A stretch of DNA of 58,498 nucleotides from an uncultured virus (IMG/VR IMGVR_UViG_3300046665_000306) (lineage: Duplodnaviria > Heunggongvirae > Uroviricota > Caudoviricetes). Position numbers and translations under genes: made by a program. Below the pieces are notes generated by a model, which saw nothing but the letters and a program-made list of their open reading frames with translations, made no database searches and had not been told where the DNA came from. Numbering within the stretch: the stretch's first letter is position 1; each line of letters begins with the position of its first letter. Shown here one piece after another: positions 55,230 through 58,498 of the stretch. The stretch spans positions 62,001-120,498 of IMG/VR virus record IMGVR_UViG_3300046665_000306; one strand, 5' to 3'.

Positions 55230-56256
55230 ATTCCCTTCTATCGAAGCGTTTTCAAGTGTGAATGCCACGGTCAAGCGTCGATTCGAACTTGACAATCGAC
55301 CAAAGGTGTTGTACCGTGGCAAGGTAAAACTTCATGGCACGAACGCCGGGATCAGAGTCGATCCAGATGGGACAGTGACTTGCTTCAAAAGAACCGGGGT
55401 TTGCAACGTCGAGAACGATAATGCAGGATTCGCTAATTGGGTGGAGACTGTAAAAGATAAACTTATTGTTTATCCTTGGACCTACATCCTTTATGGTGAA
55501 TGGGCCGGTCCCGGTATTCAAAAGAAAGTGGCTGTATCTCAAATTGCCAAGAAGACTTTCTTTGTGTTCGCTGCGCATCTTCCTCACGCTGTTATGTTAG
55601 AAGCTCTTCCCGGCGAGCCTAGAATTCCTAGCGGAAGTGACAGAAGTAATTATGTGATGCTGGATAAGAGCGGAATTGATTACGTCTTTAACAAGCACAA
55701 TGTCTTTGAGACAATCCCTTGGGGAACGGAAGAATTTGTCGTAGATTTCAGGCTGCAAAGCTCTATGGAGCGTTTCACCAAGGAAGTGACTTCTTTGGTC
55801 GAAGCTTGTGACAAAGTCGATCCTTACATTAAAGATCGATACGGAATTGAAGGCATTGGTGAGGGTTATGTTTTTGTGCCTCTTGATCCAATTGATTCTT
55901 TAGACTTCGATGTTTACAGCGATTTTCTTTTCAAGGCTAAGGGTGAGAGCCATCACGTCTCTTCCTCTGAGAAGAAGGTTTCGATTCAAATCGATCCAGC
56001 CGTGCTAGAAGGCTCAGCGGCTTTTGCCAAGGAGTTTGTCACTCAAGGCCGTTGCGAACAAGGCGTGACTGAGGCTTGCGGCGGGGAAGCTGTGATGAAG
56101 AATATGGGCGCATTCATGAAGTGGATCGGCCAAGACGTGCAGAAAGAATCTGTGAATGAGTTGGAAGCTTCTGGCCTTGATTGGAAGAACGTTTCTAAAG
56201 CAGTAAATCAACAAGCGAGAGATTGGTATATCCTCGCAACTGAGAGGAATTTGTAA
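55207..56256 (+). CDS. RNA ligase, Rnl2-like family
   Basis: F.KFPSIE, KVKLHGTN (motif I), YGEWAG.GIQK, F.FA, GEGYV, FK.KGE.H. Confidence 0.85.
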   Translation: MTTGKFIKFPSIEAFSSVNATVKRRFELDNRPKVLYRGKVKLHGTNAGIRVDPDGTVTCFKRTGVCNVENDNAGFANWVETVKDKLIVYPWTYILYGEWAGPGIQKKVAVSQIAKKTFFVFAAHLPHAVMLEALPGEPRIPSGSDRSNYVMLDKSGIDYVFNKHNVFETIPWGTEEFVVDFRLQSSMERFTKEVTSLVEACDKVDPYIKDRYGIEGIGEGYVFVPLDPIDSLDFDVYSDFLFKAKGESHHVSSSEKKVSIQIDPAVLEGSAAFAKEFVTQGRCEQGVTEACGGEAVMKNMGAFMKWIGQDVQKESVNELEASGLDWKNVSKAVNQQARDWYILATERNL

Positions 56257-56738
56257 TGTCTAACGAGTCTTTTAATGATTACGTAGTTTTCGATCTTGAA
56301 TCATTGAGTCAAGTCCACGGAAGCGATTTTTATAACATTTCTTATGACTTAAGCGGGGCAGAAGCTCCTGTGGCTGGCGCTCCGACCACTCCTGATAGTG
56401 GTGAAGTCGTTGTCGGTGATCGATTCTACGACACCCTAGCCGGTGAAATCGAAGTAATTTATGTTTCGGAGTTTGGTCAGATCGTTGCTAAGTTTAGCGA
56501 CAACTCTATCTCGCTATTCGAATGCCTAGAAGATATTGAGGATGATGGCTTTGTTAAGGTCTTGGAAACCTCTGGCTTCATCAACGTGATTCGCGACACA
56601 GATTTCAATGACATTTTCTTTGACGATGGTGTGTATCTAACTCGGGATGCGGCGATTGCTGCATTTGCAGATAACAAGCTTTCGACATGGGAACTGCTTG
56701 ACACGACGCCCATTTCTTGGAGCAACAAGAATGACTGA
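56256..56738 (+). CDS. acidic hypothetical protein
   Basis: Tiled ORF. Confidence 0.6.
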   Translation: MSNESFNDYVVFDLESLSQVHGSDFYNISYDLSGAEAPVAGAPTTPDSGEVVVGDRFYDTLAGEIEVIYVSEFGQIVAKFSDNSISLFECLEDIEDDGFVKVLETSGFINVIRDTDFNDIFFDDGVYLTRDAAIAAFADNKLSTWELLDTTPISWSNKND

Positions 56739-56921
56739 CAAGTCAGAAATTTGGGTCACAAGTGGAACGACTGAAAGTGGCGATCCCATCGCCATTTTCC
56801 TTTGGGACAAAATGCCGTCTCGGAAGGAAGTGAAGAAAGTTTATATGGAACTTTATCCTGACGAGTATGAAGAAGTGGGCCACGTATATTTCAACATAGA
56901 ATTAGCAAGTTGGGCAAATAA

Positions 56922-57119
56922 ATGAGAAAAGAAGCTAAAGCAGCAGTCCTCAAAGCCGTTACGAAACTCTTGGAAACAGCTACTGATCAACTGGAATATG
57001 ACATTTACGGCGTAGATGATAAAGACTTGATCAACGTGATGAAGACCACGCTTGAGAAGCAGGCCGACGTAAATATCCAGCTGGCAGTTAGTTTTCTCAA
57101 CAAGTTGAACGAGTCGTAA
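56922..57119 (+). CDS. hypothetical protein
   Basis: Tiled ORF. Confidence 0.5.
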   Translation: MRKEAKAAVLKAVTKLLETATDQLEYDIYGVDDKDLINVMKTTLEKQADVNIQLAVSFLNKLNES

Positions 57120-57120
57120 C

Positions 57121-57381
57121 ATGTCAAAGAAAAAGATGGGCTACCATCTCACAGAAATCAAGAAGGGCGAGTTGGGTAAAAGCTCAAAGATTTTAGAGGA
57201 AATTCTTGAGCTTCAGGACGCGGAACAACAGGGCTGTAAGGTTATGGCCCTTGTCGAATTATCTGACATGGTAGGCGCGATTCAGGCTTATCTGGTCAGC
57301 AATTATCCCGATATGAGTCTTGCCGATCTGATGATTATGGCAGGAATTACGAAACGAGCTTTTGACAATGGAAGACGATGA
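57121..57381 (+). CDS. MazG-like all-alpha NTP pyrophosphohydrolase
   Basis: KILEEILEL..A...VELSD.VGA (EExxE...ExxD). Confidence 0.6.
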   Translation: MSKKKMGYHLTEIKKGELGKSSKILEEILELQDAEQQGCKVMALVELSDMVGAIQAYLVSNYPDMSLADLMIMAGITKRAFDNGRR

Positions 57382-57552
57382 TTTTGAAAACTCAATGGCG
57401 GAATATGATGAAGGTTACGAGCGCGTAAGATCACTTCTTCTAGAACAGTTGCGCCATCTGGACCAAGAATATAAAATGCGGGCCAGACCAATTATAGATA
57501 AACTTGCGCAGCTTGAAGCCTATAGGCCTTCGCCATTTTTAAGAGAGTTGTC

Positions 57553-58104
57553 ATGGAAGACGATAACCTAATTCGTTACGATCTAATCGCTAAAGCTCTT
57601 GACTTTTATAAAGATAAGGGTTATGTGGAGATATGTGTACCGTGGCACGTCAGGCCAGAAATTTCGGCACTGACTTGCCCTAGCCCCGATAGGGCATATC
57701 CGTTTGAAGATGGCGTGTTTGTCGGCTCGGCTGAACAATCTATGATCCAAATGGCTGTTGATGGCGAACTGATCGAAGATCAATATTATGTTGCCTGCTC
57801 CCCATGTTTCAGAAATGAGCCGGTTCTCGATGACCTTCATCAAAAATATTTTATGAAGGTCGAATTGTTTCATTTCGGAACCGCCCAAGACCCGTACAAC
57901 AAAATCCGCAGAGATGCGTACAACTTCTTTAAAACTTTAACTAATAAAACTATTTATTGGACGTTCGAAAACGAGACCGAGACAGATACCGACTTCGAAA
58001 TAGCTGGCATCGAAATCGGCTCGTACAATTATAGAACTGGCGCTGGAATTACGTGGACCTGTGGTACTGGCCTCGCATTGCCTCGATTTACTAAGGTGAT
58101 GTGA
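57553..58104 (+). CDS. stand-alone class II aminoacyl-tRNA synthetase-like catalytic core (SerRS-like)
   Basis: GYVEI.VP (motif 1 region), GSAEQS, PCFRNE..H..YFMKVEL (motif 2), EIGS, GTGLALPR (motif 3); only 183 aa. Confidence 0.75.
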   Translation: MEDDNLIRYDLIAKALDFYKDKGYVEICVPWHVRPEISALTCPSPDRAYPFEDGVFVGSAEQSMIQMAVDGELIEDQYYVACSPCFRNEPVLDDLHQKYFMKVELFHFGTAQDPYNKIRRDAYNFFKTLTNKTIYWTFENETETDTDFEIAGIEIGSYNYRTGAGITWTCGTGLALPRFTKVM

Positions 58105-58498
58105 TGTTCCAAATTGCTTGGGTAATGTTTGACGGTTCATTTGATATTGCAAACGAATTTGCCTCATTGAGCGAACTACATGAATGGGCCAGAAAATGGC
58201 CATCGTCAGAATATGTTTGGAGACAAATCTGATGACCATCAAATTATTTGATTATAAGCTTTCTAAATTAACAGAGAAACGAGACGCGGCGATGAGTGCC
58301 GGTGCAACAGCCGTCGCGTTGAGACTGACATACGAAATTCTTGAACTAATTAATAATGAAAAGACTTTAAGAAAATTAGTATATAATGTATAGAGAATTT
58401 CATTGTAAAATAGTTAGGGACGAACTTCCAAACGAAGAGGGAAGATGGGTTTCCTATATTGTAAAAGAGGGAGAAGATATCCCTACTTATGATACAAT

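Overview
This 58.5-kb window is a segment of a large, dense-coding dsDNA bacteriophage genome. It covers early/middle 'host take-over' and replication regions and contains no recognisable virion structural genes. Genes run on the minus strand from ~15.2 kb leftwards and on the plus strand from ~15.3 kb rightwards, apart from a short minus-strand island at ~36.9-38.06 kb. Recognisable functions: a primase-polymerase/helicase fusion, ATP-dependent DNA ligase, rIIA/rIIB, a tyrosine recombinase, an adenine MTase and HNH nucleases; two NAD+ salvage routes (PnuC+NadR and NadM-Nudix+NadV); a large RNA-repair/translation toolkit (three RNA ligases, split PNK kinase/phosphatase, cyclic-phosphate receiver, PTH2-like, YqeY, a class II aaRS-like core, an Rmf-like protein); a ClpB-like ATPase with an apparently inactive first NBD in a three-gene membrane module; an ExbB/ExbD-like triad; and an RNA polymerase alpha-CTD mimic. 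The most unusual signal is at the left edge: tandem tRNA-scaffolded non-coding RNAs with intact acceptor, D and T arms and CCA, but with the anticodon loop replaced by a large structured insert (one complete 248-nt copy, one truncated by the window). Also notable is a nucleotidyltransferase co-transcribed with two acidic peptides that share a C-terminal W-x-S-S-S-(x)n-C motif. All protein calls come from motifs recognised by eye, not from database searches. The host cannot be determined from this window.
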